Positions 1 to 8,708 of a stretch of DNA of 24,000 nt are shown here, piece by piece. The stretch's first letter is position 1; each line of letters begins with the position of its first letter. Source of the DNA: Cellvibrionaceae bacterium (GTDB lineage Bacteria; Pseudomonadota; Gammaproteobacteria; Pseudomonadales; Cellvibrionaceae); contig JAOXRT010000131.1 of assembly GCA_025800365.1 (NCBI GenBank), forward strand, positions 17,867-41,866, given 5' to 3'. The position numbers were made by a program, and so were the translations under genes. The notes under the pieces are model-generated. The model made no database searches, was not told where the DNA came from, and worked only from the letters and a program-made list of their open reading frames with translations.

Positions 1-2162
1 TTAAAGCTCACTTCGACCCCATAGCTGCGTGGCTGTTGGCGATAAAATTGAGCACCTGCATAAAAGTTAGCCGCGGAATAGATTACATCGCGACTATCAG
101 CAAGATTTTTACCCCATAGTGATACTTCCCAATTTTCCGCGCTGTCGCCAATGCTGAGACGAGCTGAACTATTATTTATAGGTCCATATATGCCACTTGG
201 ATCGGCTAAGGCTGCGGCCTGTTCTTCCACTCGGCTGAAGCTGGTAAAGGCTCGAGCATAGAGCTCATCACTTAGCTGCCAGCGATAAGCTATGGCAAGG
301 TTGTAACTCCACTGAGGTGCCTGTGCCAAAGTCGTACCTGGGGTAACCGGAGTAAACAAAGTTAAACCACGTAGGCTAGTTGGCGCTACGGTCACCTCGG
401 CATCTAAATAAGATACCCCTGCGCGAATATCTAAGCCTTCAAGTGGTAACCACTCTAATTCGATCTCCGCACCATCAATCTCGGACTCTGGAATATTATC
501 TAGGGTAACAATGAAGATATTGTCAGCTGTGGCTCCCAACAACAAAGACTGGCGATTATCATAGTCGTAATGAAAGTAAGCACCATTTAAACGTAGGGTT
601 TGATCCAGTAAATCAGCCTTAAAGCCAAGTTCGTAAGAGAATACTTCTTCTGGCTCTGTGTAGCCCCAAACTTCGGCGGCAAGTGCAGGGCTTCCGTAGA
701 ATACGCCCGTTTTATAACCGGTAGCGACATTGACATAAAGTAGTGTGTTGTCATTTAAGTCATAGTCCAAGCCAACACGATAAGAAACGTCGGTTTCGGT
801 ACGACTGTCGTTGAGCGATGCGATCTCAGCGCCAGCTTCGGTGAAAATAACATTTCCATCCACATCGATGGTATTGCCGTTAAAACTACGTTCGTCGCGG
901 GAGTAACGTAAACCTACAGATAAGTGAAGCTGGTCGCTCAAGTCGGTCTCGGTGTGAATAAACGCACCGATAGAGTCTGTTTCTTGAACATAGTCAGCGG
1001 CTGCTCTCGAGCTGGCCGGATAAACCCCAAAAGGTAGGGCTGAATCACTGACGTCTTTTACTGAGATTTCATCATTGGAAAAACTGATGCCAGCAACCCA
1101 ACTGAAGTTATCATGAGCATCTGAGCTTAGACGAAACTCCTGAGAATACTGGCTGACCTCACTATCTTGAAAGAAATCAAAAGTGGGAAAAGGGTCGCCA
1201 TCGAGATTATCAACGACCTTGCGCTCATAGTCGTCCCAGGCGGTTATTGAAGTCAGTGTCATATTGTCGAACTCGTACTGCAGATTCAACGATGCGCCAA
1301 CACCTTGCTCGTCGCGCATTACATTTAAATCGCCGACTCGAACTTTATCAGCAGCTTCGCTGCCTGTGGCGATATTAAAACCGGCTGGGGCAAACGGCCC
1401 GCCTGTACTTTGTGGTGACTCAGGTGTGGAGTCGTCTTTTGAGTAATGAACATTAAGAAGGCCTGATAGGCGTTCACTCATGTCGAATGCAAACAAGCTA
1501 CGCATTGCAAATCGATCGACCAAGCCAAATTCCCGCCCGGTATCAATATCTTGTTGCCAACCTTGGTCGGACTTTTCATAGTCAAATGCCACACGAGCTC
1601 GAACATCATCGCTCAAAGATCCGCTAAGGAAACCGCCTGCGCTTGAGGTGCGCCAATTGCCATAACCCAGGCGAATAGAGGCTTCAAATTCTTCAGTGGG
1701 TTTATTGGAAATAAAATTGATGGCACCGCCTGTGGTGTTCTTGCCATACAAGGTGCCCTGTGGCCCTTTTAGAACTTCTACTCGTTCAATATCGAAAAGC
1801 TGCCCGCTAAGCAATGCGGGAGAGCTGGCAAAAACCTCATCGGTATATACGCCAACACCGCTATTATTATTGATATTAAAATCATCCAAACCGATACCGC
1901 GGATCGCAAAAATAGGCGTACCGCCTGAAGTTGCATTGGCCGTACTCAGGCCAGGTGTGAAAGAAGCAAGATCTTTTGGTGAGTTCAGGTTCATATCTTT
2001 CACCTGTTCACCATTAAAGGCACTGACAGTTACGCCTATATCTTGTACAGACTGCGCACGCTTCTGAGCCGTTACAACGACCTCTTCAAGAGTCTGTTGA
2101 GCTTGTAATTGGCTACTTATGGCCAATGGTAAAGCGGCTAGTAAAAGATTGCTGATTCGCAT
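1..2162 (-). CDS. TonB-dependent outer-membrane receptor (3' end runs off the window by at least one codon)
   Basis: My own minus-strand translation from the ATG at 2162..2160 stays open to position 1. It starts MRISNLLLAALPLAISSQLQAQQTLEEVVVTAQKRAQSVQDIGVTVSAF...IERVEVLKGPQGTLYGKNTTGGAINFISNKP, which is a signal peptide plus plug-domain motifs. It ends ...QPRSYGVEVSF at the window edge, a typical beta-barrel terminus. A GAGGGG Shine-Dalgarno lies upstream. The ORF is absent from the supplied track because it has no in-window stop. Confidence 0.9.
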   Translation of the reverse strand, partial: MRISNLLLAALPLAISSQLQAQQTLEEVVVTAQKRAQSVQDIGVTVSAFNGEQVKDMNLNSPKDLASFTPGLSTANATSGGTPIFAIRGIGLDDFNINNNSGVGVYTDEVFASSPALLSGQLFDIERVEVLKGPQGTLYGKNTTGGAINFISNKPTEEFEASIRLGYGNWRTSSAGGFLSGSLSDDVRARVAFDYEKSDQGWQQDIDTGREFGLVDRFAMRSLFAFDMSERLSGLLNVHYSKDDSTPESPQSTGGPFAPAGFNIATGSEAADKVRVGDLNVMRDEQGVGASLNLQYEFDNMTLTSITAWDDYERKVVDNLDGDPFPTFDFFQDSEVSQYSQEFRLSSDAHDNFSWVAGISFSNDEISVKDVSDSALPFGVYPASSRAAADYVQETDSIGAFIHTETDLSDQLHLSVGLRYSRDERSFNGNTIDVDGNVIFTEAGAEIASLNDSRTETDVSYRVGLDYDLNDNTLLYVNVATGYKTGVFYGSPALAAEVWGYTEPEEVFSYELGFKADLLDQTLRLNGAYFHYDYDNRQSLLLGATADNIFIVTLDNIPESEIDGAEIELEWLPLEGLDIRAGVSYLDAEVTVAPTSLRGLTLFTPVTPGTTLAQAPQWSYNLAIAYRWQLSDELYARAFTSFSRVEEQAAALADPSGIYGPINNSSARLSIGDSAENWEVSLWGKNLADSRDVIYSAANFYAGAQFYRQQPRSYGVEVSF

Positions 2163-2389
2163 CGCTTGGTTTCCCCTCATCATTTTTATCATCTGGCAAT
2201 CTTGTTAGATGCCTATTGATGGATTTCTAAGCAGTCTATCAACAGGCCGCGAAACAAGACGCGTTACTCGGGGGTGGTCGATAAACATTATGCGGTAATC
2301 CCAATTGGCGCTGAATATCATGCGGTGCGCTTAGTTATGTGGGGTTTTACATCCTGCAATCTACAGCTCGAGTCTGTTAGACTAGGGCC

Positions 2390-4585
2390 ATGGACGTATC
2401 CCCTATTTTAGATCAATTAAACGATGCTCAGCGTCAGGCGGTTTCAGCGCCGGCGGGCAATCAACTCATTTTGGCTGGTGCGGGCTCGGGTAAGACTCGA
2501 GTGCTGGTGCATCGTATTGCCTGGCTCATTCAAGTAGAGCGGGTATCCCCGTTTTCTATTATGGCGGTGACCTTTACCAATAAGGCGGCGAGGGAAATGC
2601 GCGGCCGGATTGAAGAGCTCTTGGGCCTTAATCCGCGTGGTATGTGGGTCGGTACCTTTCATGGTATTGCTCATCGCTTATTGAAAGCACATTGGCAGGA
2701 GGCGAAGCTACCGCAGAATTTTCAAATTCTCGATAGTGATGATCAGCTGCGTTTAATAAAACGTGTCAGCCAAGGCTTGCAGCTTGATGAAGAGCGCTGG
2801 CCAGCGAAGCAAAGCCAGTGGTTTATTAATCACAATAAAGACGAAGGCCTGCGCCCAGATTATATTCAAACCCATGGTGACCCTCACCAAGAAACCTTAG
2901 TGCGAATCTATCGAAGCTATGAAGAAGCTTGTCAGCGTGGAGGTATGGTTGATTTTGGTGAACTGTTGCTGCGAGCCCATGAGCTTTGGTTAAACAATCC
3001 GCGCTTATTGCAACACTACCAAGATCGCTTCCCTTTTGTTTTGGTGGACGAATTTCAAGATACCAACACTATTCAGTATGCCTGGCTTAGAGTGTTGGCC
3101 GGTGATCGCTGTGCAGTGACAGCCGTGGGTGATGATGATCAGTCTATCTACGGTTGGCGTGGCGCTAAGATCGAAAATATTCAGCGTTACAGCCAGGATT
3201 TTCAAGGTGTAGAAACAGTCCGACTAGAACAAAACTATCGCTCCACTCGCACCATTCTAGATGCAGCCAATGCCGTTATTGAAAACAATTCGGGCCGCTT
3301 GGGTAAAACACTGCGCACTGATGGTGATGATGGTGAAAAGATTTCACTTTATGCTGGTTTTAATGAGCAAGATGAGGCTCGCTTTATTGTCGAGCGTATC
3401 GAGGATTGGCAGCGCAAGGGTAATAGCTTAACGAACTGTGCCATTCTTTATCGCTCCAATGCCCAGTCCCGAATCTTGGAAGAAGCTTTATTGCGCGAAT
3501 CGGTCCCCTATCGTATTTACGGTGGCCAGCGTTTCTATGAGCGTTTAGAAATTAAAAACGCTTTAGCCTATATGCGCCTTATTATTAATCGTAACGACGA
3601 TGCGGCCTTTGAGCGGGTAATTAATACGCCTACTCGTGGTATTGGCAGCAAGACGGTTGATGGCATTCGTTTGTTTGCTCGCGAGCAAGGCTGCTCCATG
3701 TGGGACGCTGCTGAGCAGATGGTCAACAATAAAGGTCTTACGGCGCGAGCTGCCAATTCTGTTGGCGCATTTTGTGCGTTACTCAATGAATTGGATAATC
3801 AAACCCAAGAGCTTAGTTTAGAGAAGATCGCATCGGCGGTGATTAATAGCTCGGGATTGATTGAGTTTCACGAAAAAGAAAAAGGTGAAAAAGGCCAGGC
3901 GCGTGTAGAAAACCTGCAGGAACTGATCAATGCCTGTCGTGCGTTTAACCCGGAAAATGATGAGTTAAGCCCACTAGAAGAATTTTTAGATGGCGCTGCA
4001 CTGGATGCCGGCGAGGCCCAAGCCGATGAGTTTGAAGATGCCGTTCAATTAATGACATTACACACCGCAAAAGGCCTAGAGTTTCCTTTAGTCTTTATGG
4101 CGGGTGTCGAAGAGGGCTTGTTTCCCCATCGTATGTCAGCCGAAGAGCCGGGGCGCTTAGAGGAAGAGCGACGTCTTTGCTATGTGGGCATCACCCGGGC
4201 AATGCAAAAGCTCTATATTAGCTATGCTGAAAGCCGTCGTATGTATGGCTCCGAGACCTTTAATCAGGTATCGCGCTTTGTTAAAGAGATCCCTGACGGT
4301 CTAATTGAAGAAGTTCGCCTTAAAACGGCAATTAGCCGCCCTGTTAGCTTTGGAAGCAATTATGGTGATGCGGCTCAGAGTCGATCGCGAACCGGGCAGC
4401 GCAAACTAGCTGGGCGACTTTCTGATGACGGAGGCGATTCCGGTTTAAGTTTAGGGCAACGAGTTTTGCACCCAAGCTTTGGTGAAGGCACCATTCTGCA
4501 TTTTGAAGGCAATAAAATTCAGATCAACTTTGACGATGCCGGCACAAAGTGGTTAATTGCCGGCGCCAAACTAGATCCCATCTAA
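2390..4585 (+). CDS. uvrD: DNA helicase II (UvrD), SF1 helicase
   Basis: The 731-aa ORF is near-colinear with E. coli UvrD as I recall it: MDVS..L..LND.QR.AV.AP, Walker A GAGSGKTRVLVHRIAWL, VDEFQDTN, GDDDQSIYGWRGA, LEQNYRST, YRSNAQSR, VQLMTLHxAKGLEFP and YVGxTRAM. Confidence 0.97.
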   Translation: MDVSPILDQLNDAQRQAVSAPAGNQLILAGAGSGKTRVLVHRIAWLIQVERVSPFSIMAVTFTNKAAREMRGRIEELLGLNPRGMWVGTFHGIAHRLLKAHWQEAKLPQNFQILDSDDQLRLIKRVSQGLQLDEERWPAKQSQWFINHNKDEGLRPDYIQTHGDPHQETLVRIYRSYEEACQRGGMVDFGELLLRAHELWLNNPRLLQHYQDRFPFVLVDEFQDTNTIQYAWLRVLAGDRCAVTAVGDDDQSIYGWRGAKIENIQRYSQDFQGVETVRLEQNYRSTRTILDAANAVIENNSGRLGKTLRTDGDDGEKISLYAGFNEQDEARFIVERIEDWQRKGNSLTNCAILYRSNAQSRILEEALLRESVPYRIYGGQRFYERLEIKNALAYMRLIINRNDDAAFERVINTPTRGIGSKTVDGIRLFAREQGCSMWDAAEQMVNNKGLTARAANSVGAFCALLNELDNQTQELSLEKIASAVINSSGLIEFHEKEKGEKGQARVENLQELINACRAFNPENDELSPLEEFLDGAALDAGEAQADEFEDAVQLMTLHTAKGLEFPLVFMAGVEEGLFPHRMSAEEPGRLEEERRLCYVGITRAMQKLYISYAESRRMYGSETFNQVSRFVKEIPDGLIEEVRLKTAISRPVSFGSNYGDAAQSRSRTGQRKLAGRLSDDGGDSGLSLGQRVLHPSFGEGTILHFEGNKIQINFDDAGTKWLIAGAKLDPI

Positions 4586-4618
4586 GTTTGTTAATCTAAA
4601 ACAAGCGGTTTTTATCGT

Positions 4619-4640
4619 CCTGCCACAGCTAGGTGGCAGG
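4619..4640 (+). terminator. GC-rich hairpin downstream of uvrD (possible weak terminator or REP-like hairpin)
   Basis: CCTGCCAC(4619-4626) / GTGGCAGG(4633-4640) is a perfect 8-bp inverted repeat with a 6-nt loop, 34 nt after the uvrD stop. No U-tract follows it, so terminator function is uncertain. Confidence 0.3.
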
Positions 4641-4804
4641 ACTTATACCTATTAAGTGTCCACGAAACCGCATATTCCATTGAATGCCTGCAGTGCACAG
4701 CAGGCCTGCTCCTATTTAATCATTTCGATTCGTCTAATTAGCAGAATCAAAAAAACAGCGAATCAAGTTGTATCGCCATTTTCTAATTTACTCAAGGAGG
4801 CTCC

Positions 4805-5359
4805 ATGAGTGTAAAACAAGATTATGGTTTACCAGCAAGTGTGACAGTTGTTAAGCATGCCAATGGAATAGAGCTAAAACGTTATTGGCGCACTTGGAAA
4901 TCTTTTAGTTACCTAGTTTTTGGTATCTTGTGGTTTGGCTTTTTATACCGAGAAGGGCCAATGGCCCTGCAAGATATCCCCTATAGTGAACAGCTGCAGA
5001 TTTTATTACTGCTCATTGGTGCAGTGATTGCCTATTATGGTTTAACTCAAATTATCAACCACAGCTCTGTTCGCACCTTCCCGGATCGCTTGCAGATCAG
5101 CCACCGCCCGCTGCCTTTATTACTGGGCAAAACCTTTAAACGAGCTGATATTAAGCAGCTTTATGTCAATCGGCATCATCGCCGAGACGAGAACGGCACC
5201 GTTATTACTTATGAGCTACGCTTGCTGAGCAACGATGGCAAGGATTACTGTTTACTTAAAAATGTCCCCGAAAAACAGAGTGTGAAATATATAGAGCAAG
5301 AGATTGAACAATATTGGGGCATTAAGAATGAAGCTGTGAAAGGGGAAGTGTCGAATTAG
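4805..5359 (+). CDS. Hypothetical small membrane protein (two predicted TM helices plus a C-terminal soluble domain)
   Basis: The 184-aa ORF has a strong Shine-Dalgarno (AAGGAGG, 5 nt before the ATG). Hydrophobic segments are FSYLVFGILWFGFLY and LQILLLLIGAVIAYYGL. I recognise no family signature. Confidence 0.6.
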   Translation: MSVKQDYGLPASVTVVKHANGIELKRYWRTWKSFSYLVFGILWFGFLYREGPMALQDIPYSEQLQILLLLIGAVIAYYGLTQIINHSSVRTFPDRLQISHRPLPLLLGKTFKRADIKQLYVNRHHRRDENGTVITYELRLLSNDGKDYCLLKNVPEKQSVKYIEQEIEQYWGIKNEAVKGEVSN

Positions 5360-5362
5360 AGG

Positions 5363-5387
5363 CAAAAAAAACGGGCCAGAGGCCCGT
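5363..5387 (-). terminator. Rho-independent terminator of the kbp/yidB-like transcription unit (possibly bidirectional)
   Basis: ACGGGCC(5371-5377) / GGCCCGT(5381-5387) forms a stem. On the minus strand it is followed by a T8 run (the A8 at 5363-5370 on plus). It sits between convergent genes. Confidence 0.75.
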
Positions 5388-5431
5388 GCTTAAGCAGTTG
5401 TGTTCTTTACAGATGTGGCAGGCTGATAGGC

Positions 5432-5866
5432 CTAGCGGCCAAATAACTTACCTGCCAAATTGAGTGCGCCAGAAACGCCCCCAACCATATCCAATAGGCT
5501 ACCATCATTTGAGGATTTATCCACAATATTTGGTATAGCCTCCTGCAAACCGCTAATCGCCTGATCTTCATTCAGTGATAGCTGGGATGCGAAGTCGGTG
5601 ATTTTATTTTGTCCTAAAATCTGGGTCAACTGATTTGCTGAAATTCCTTCATTAGAACCATTACCCAACCAAGATTGGGCAATATTCAACATATCACCGG
5701 CGTCCATATTAGAAACTAGAGAGCCAATATCGACCTTGCCATTACTATCGGATAGTAATCCAGTCAGTGCTGGCAAAATAGCGCCTAGGTCTAAGTTTTG
5801 GCCTTGCTCAGACAGTTTGCTTTGAAAAAGCTGTGCGCCGATTTGTAAAATGCTATTGATGTCCAT
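5432..5866 (-). CDS. DUF937 / YidB-like protein
   Basis: The protein is Gly/Ser/Leu-rich with SWLGNGSNEGISANQLTQILG...ISGLQEAIPNIVDKSS...GKLFGR, resembling the YidB/DUF937 pattern. The track ORF begins at a GTG (5875), but the ATG at 5866 has AAGGTG 6 nt upstream, so I prefer it. Confidence 0.75.
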   Translation of the reverse strand: MDINSILQIGAQLFQSKLSEQGQNLDLGAILPALTGLLSDSNGKVDIGSLVSNMDAGDMLNIAQSWLGNGSNEGISANQLTQILGQNKITDFASQLSLNEDQAISGLQEAIPNIVDKSSNDGSLLDMVGGVSGALNLAGKLFGR

Positions 5867-5906
5867 TGTAAACACCTTTTATGAAGCTTAGGTTAACAGC
5901 CCAGAG

Positions 5907-6359
5907 CTAGTCTTGCTTTGGGATACGTATCTTTTGACCAGGGTAGATTAGGTCTGGATCTTTAATCACTTCGCGGTTGGCTTCGAAGATCGCCTGATAC
6001 TTAGCGCCATTGCCGTAGAACTCCGAGGCAATTTTCCAAAGTGAGTCGCCAGACTGAATCACATAGTATTGTACTTCTTCGACAGCAGGCTCTACCGCTG
6101 GCTCGCCTTGTACGGTCATCTCTTCGGCTTGCACTGAGCTGATACCCAGGGCATTACCCACCATTAAGATGGCCTTTTCAAAGGCGCTGGGTGATTCGGC
6201 CTCACCACTTACCTTGGCAACGCCACCTTCTACTTGGACTTGTAGGTCTTTAACACCCGGGTTGTCACTTTCAACATGTTCTTTGAGTTTATCACCAGCT
6301 TCTTCCTCGCTGCCGAACAGTTTTTTACCCAAGTCGCTGGCAAAATCAAATAATCCCAT
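5907..6359 (-). CDS. kbp: BON + LysM domain protein, Kbp/YgaU-like (potassium-binding protein family)
   Basis: The 150-aa ORF starts MGLFDFASDLGKKLFG, has a central BON-like segment, and ends in a LysM domain (YYVIQSGDSLWKIASEFYGNGAKYQAIFEANREVIKDPDLIYPGQKIRIP). It is colinear with E. coli YgaU/Kbp as I recall it. Confidence 0.85.
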   Translation of the reverse strand: MGLFDFASDLGKKLFGSEEEAGDKLKEHVESDNPGVKDLQVQVEGGVAKVSGEAESPSAFEKAILMVGNALGISSVQAEEMTVQGEPAVEPAVEEVQYYVIQSGDSLWKIASEFYGNGAKYQAIFEANREVIKDPDLIYPGQKIRIPKQD

Positions 6360-6429
6360 TTCTATTTACCTTTGTTGTGATGGTGGGGATTTCCCCTAAA
6401 ACAGCGCCTTTTGAGCGCAAATTTAAAAC

Positions 6430-7887
6430 TTACTTCAATAAAGAGCCCAGCACGCCTCGAATCAGCTTGCGGCCAATGCTTGAGCCGATGCTGCGGGCGA
6501 TGCTTTTCATAAAGGCTTCACCGACGCTTTGACGGTTACTGCTTTTACGACGGCTGGGTTGCGAGCTTTGCTCTTCTTGTTCTGCGGCTGCCTCTTCTCG
6601 AGCGCTCTGTTCCGCACGTCGCTGTAGCATCTCTCTAGCGGAATCGGGATCGACCGAATCCTGATACTTACGATGGAATGGGTTGCCATTGATAAGCTGC
6701 TGTCTCTCTTGCTCGCTTACCGGGCCCATTCTTGATTCTGGTGGACGCACTAACACCCGTTCAACTTGGCTGGGAACACCACCCTCTTGCAGAACAGAAA
6801 CAATGGCTTCGCCGATACCTAGCTCAGTAATCACCTCAGCAGTATCAAAGTTTGGGTTAGCCCGAAAGCTCTGGGCCGCGGCTCGCACAGCTTTTTGGTC
6901 CTTTGGGGTATAGGCCCTTAAGGTGTGTTGTATGCGATTACCAAGCTGGCCAAGAATATCTTCTGGGATATCGGCAGGGCTTTGACTTACGAAATAGATT
7001 CCCACCCCTTTGGAGCGAATTAAGCGGGCGACTTGCTCGATCTTTTCCACTAAAGCACGGGAGGCGTTTTTGAACAGTAAGTGCGCCTCATCAAAGAAAA
7101 ATACCAGCTTAGGTTTGTCAGGGTCGCCGACCTCAGGAAGACTTTCAAACAGCTCAGATAACAACCATAAGAGAAAAGTGGCGTACAGGCGTGGGCTTTG
7201 AATGAGTTTATCAGCGGCCAGGATGTTAATGATTCCTTCCCCGCGACGGCTGTGGCTAATAAAGTCGTTTAGCTCTAAAGCGGGCTCGCCAAAGAATAAA
7301 TCGCCACCTTCTCTCTCGATCATGATCAGGCGTCTTAAAATCGCATTTACTGAGGCCTTAGAAACCTTTAAGCCAACGCCTAAGTCGCGGCTGTTATCGC
7401 CAAGGTATTCCAGTACAGCACGAAGATCGTTTAGATCTACCAGCAGCAAACCTTCATCGTCAGCGAATTCAAAGGCTAAGGTCATGACACTTTGCTGAGT
7501 TTCGTTAAGATCCAGAAGCTCTGAAAGCAGCTGTGGCCCCATTTCTGAAATGGTCGATCTAACCGCCGTGCCCTGTTTGGCAAAGACATCCCATAGGTTT
7601 ACCGGGAAAGGTAAATGCTCAAAGCCTTCAATGCCTATTTTATCAATGCGCTCTTGAATCTTAGGGTGCGCGCTGCCGGCTTGGCCGAGACCCGCTAGGT
7701 CACCCTTCACGTCTGCCATAAACACTGGCACACCCAGCTTGCTAAAGCCTTCGGCAAGAATCTGCAAGGTTACCGTTTTTCCGCTACCTGTTGCCCCTGC
7801 TATGAGGCCGTGTCGGTTGGCGTAACGAGGATCGATACTGACTTGACCGTTGTCGCTACCGCCAATCAATATCCTTGCTTCTGTCAT
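6430..7887 (-). CDS. DUF853 family HerA-like P-loop ATPase (YjgR-like)
   Basis: The 485-aa ORF has Walker A GATGSGKTVT, Walker B-like LVFFFDEAHLLF and the basic amphipathic C-terminus typical of YjgR/DUF853 proteins. Confidence 0.85.
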   Translation of the reverse strand: MTEARILIGGSDNGQVSIDPRYANRHGLIAGATGSGKTVTLQILAEGFSKLGVPVFMADVKGDLAGLGQAGSAHPKIQERIDKIGIEGFEHLPFPVNLWDVFAKQGTAVRSTISEMGPQLLSELLDLNETQQSVMTLAFEFADDEGLLLVDLNDLRAVLEYLGDNSRDLGVGLKVSKASVNAILRRLIMIEREGGDLFFGEPALELNDFISHSRRGEGIINILAADKLIQSPRLYATFLLWLLSELFESLPEVGDPDKPKLVFFFDEAHLLFKNASRALVEKIEQVARLIRSKGVGIYFVSQSPADIPEDILGQLGNRIQHTLRAYTPKDQKAVRAAAQSFRANPNFDTAEVITELGIGEAIVSVLQEGGVPSQVERVLVRPPESRMGPVSEQERQQLINGNPFHRKYQDSVDPDSAREMLQRRAEQSAREEAAAEQEEQSSQPSRRKSSNRQSVGEAFMKSIARSIGSSIGRKLIRGVLGSLLK

Positions 7888-8175
7888 TTTTGCCGATTCC
7901 TTATCGCGTTATAAAGGCCATAACTTAAAGCAAACAGCCAGCGGGATCAAAGGAAATAATTTCAGCCAATTCAGCAAAAATTCAGATAGCAGCTAACAAG
8001 CTAGAGGCCAGAGAGTTCGCTATCTGTAGCTGTGCGAAGTACACTGGCAGTTGCCTCTTAGAAAGCTTGTGTTGGCAGGTATGTAACGAAGCTTTTTGGG
8101 TGCGGGCGTTTCATCTAAGCGGGCGTTAGAGTGGCAAAACTTGATCGCCTTTTAATCAATTTAATGGAGTAGAAC

Positions 8176-8580
8176 ATGGCTAAGTTGTCAGATATTGAAG
8201 GTATTGGTGAAGTATATGCGTCCAAATTAGAAGCGGCTGGCGTCACTTCTTTGGAAAACCTATTGGAAAAGTGCGCCCAGAAATCTGGTCGTAAGGATGT
8301 CGCTGAAGCTTCAGGCTTGAGCGAAAAGCAAATTCTGAACTGGGCTAACCGTGCGGATTTGGCGCGAGTTAAAGGCGTCAGCACTCAATATGCCGATTTG
8401 TTAGAGTTTGCCGGTGTTGACACTGTGCCTGAGTTGGCCCAGCGCAATGCCGAAAACCTTGCGGCGAAAATGGCTGAAGTTAATGAAGAAAAGAATCTAG
8501 TTCGCCAAGTACCTTCGGCATCACAGGTTGCTGATTGGGTAGCTCAGGCGAAAGATCTTCCTCGCGCCATTCACTATTAA
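8176..8580 (+). CDS. DUF4332 domain protein (tandem helix-hairpin-helix-like repeats)
   Basis: The 134-aa ORF has a GGAG Shine-Dalgarno 7 nt upstream. It carries two repeats of the I/V-xGIG/GVS..YA..LE.AGV motif and the conserved tail NEEKNLVRQVPS..QV.DWVAQAK.LP typical of DUF4332 proteins. Confidence 0.8.
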   Translation: MAKLSDIEGIGEVYASKLEAAGVTSLENLLEKCAQKSGRKDVAEASGLSEKQILNWANRADLARVKGVSTQYADLLEFAGVDTVPELAQRNAENLAAKMAEVNEEKNLVRQVPSASQVADWVAQAKDLPRAIHY

Positions 8581-8589
8581 GTTGTTCTT

Positions 8590-8619
8590 GGGGGTGTTTT
8601 TCACCCCCGTTTCTCTTGC
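8590..8619 (+). terminator. Rho-independent terminator after the DUF4332 gene
   Basis: GGGGGTG(8590-8596) / CACCCCC(8602-8608) forms a stem with a TTTTT loop, followed by GTTTCTCTT. Confidence 0.7.
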
Positions 8620-8708
8620 ATCTAAGTCTTCCTTAGCGCCTTTCTATAGCCTTGTCTGTTGATATCTATTACCCTAATTACAAACGATAACGACATAGCG
8701 CCTTTCAA

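Noticed and set aside
2177-2193. The Fur-box-like AT-rich sequence TCATCATTTTTATCATC upstream of the TonB-dependent receptor.
   Set aside because: It matches the GATAAT-hexamer model only loosely and lies over the ribosome-binding region directly abutting the start codon, not over a promoter. This is not enough to call iron regulation.
2363-2377. The near-palindrome ACAG-CTCGAGT-CTGT just before uvrD, considered as an SOS box.
   Set aside because: The half-sites are in the opposite order to the LexA consensus (CTGT-N8-ACAG) and the spacing is N7. It is probably coincidental, or an RNA structure around the uvrD ribosome-binding site.
6384-6395. The GGGGATTTCCCC palindrome-like element between yjgR and kbp.
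   Set aside because: It has only a 4-5 bp stem with a minimal loop. It is too small to interpret and is not repeated elsewhere in the window.
8045-8055. TGGCAG-TTGCC, which resembles a sigma-54 -24/-12 promoter.
   Set aside because: The GG and GC elements are only 5 nt apart instead of the required 10, so the geometry is wrong.
8115-8384. An 89-aa minus-strand ORF overlapping the start of the DUF4332 gene.
   Set aside because: It overlaps a plus-strand gene that has a good Shine-Dalgarno and a recognisable family pattern. Its translation looks like an antisense artefact.
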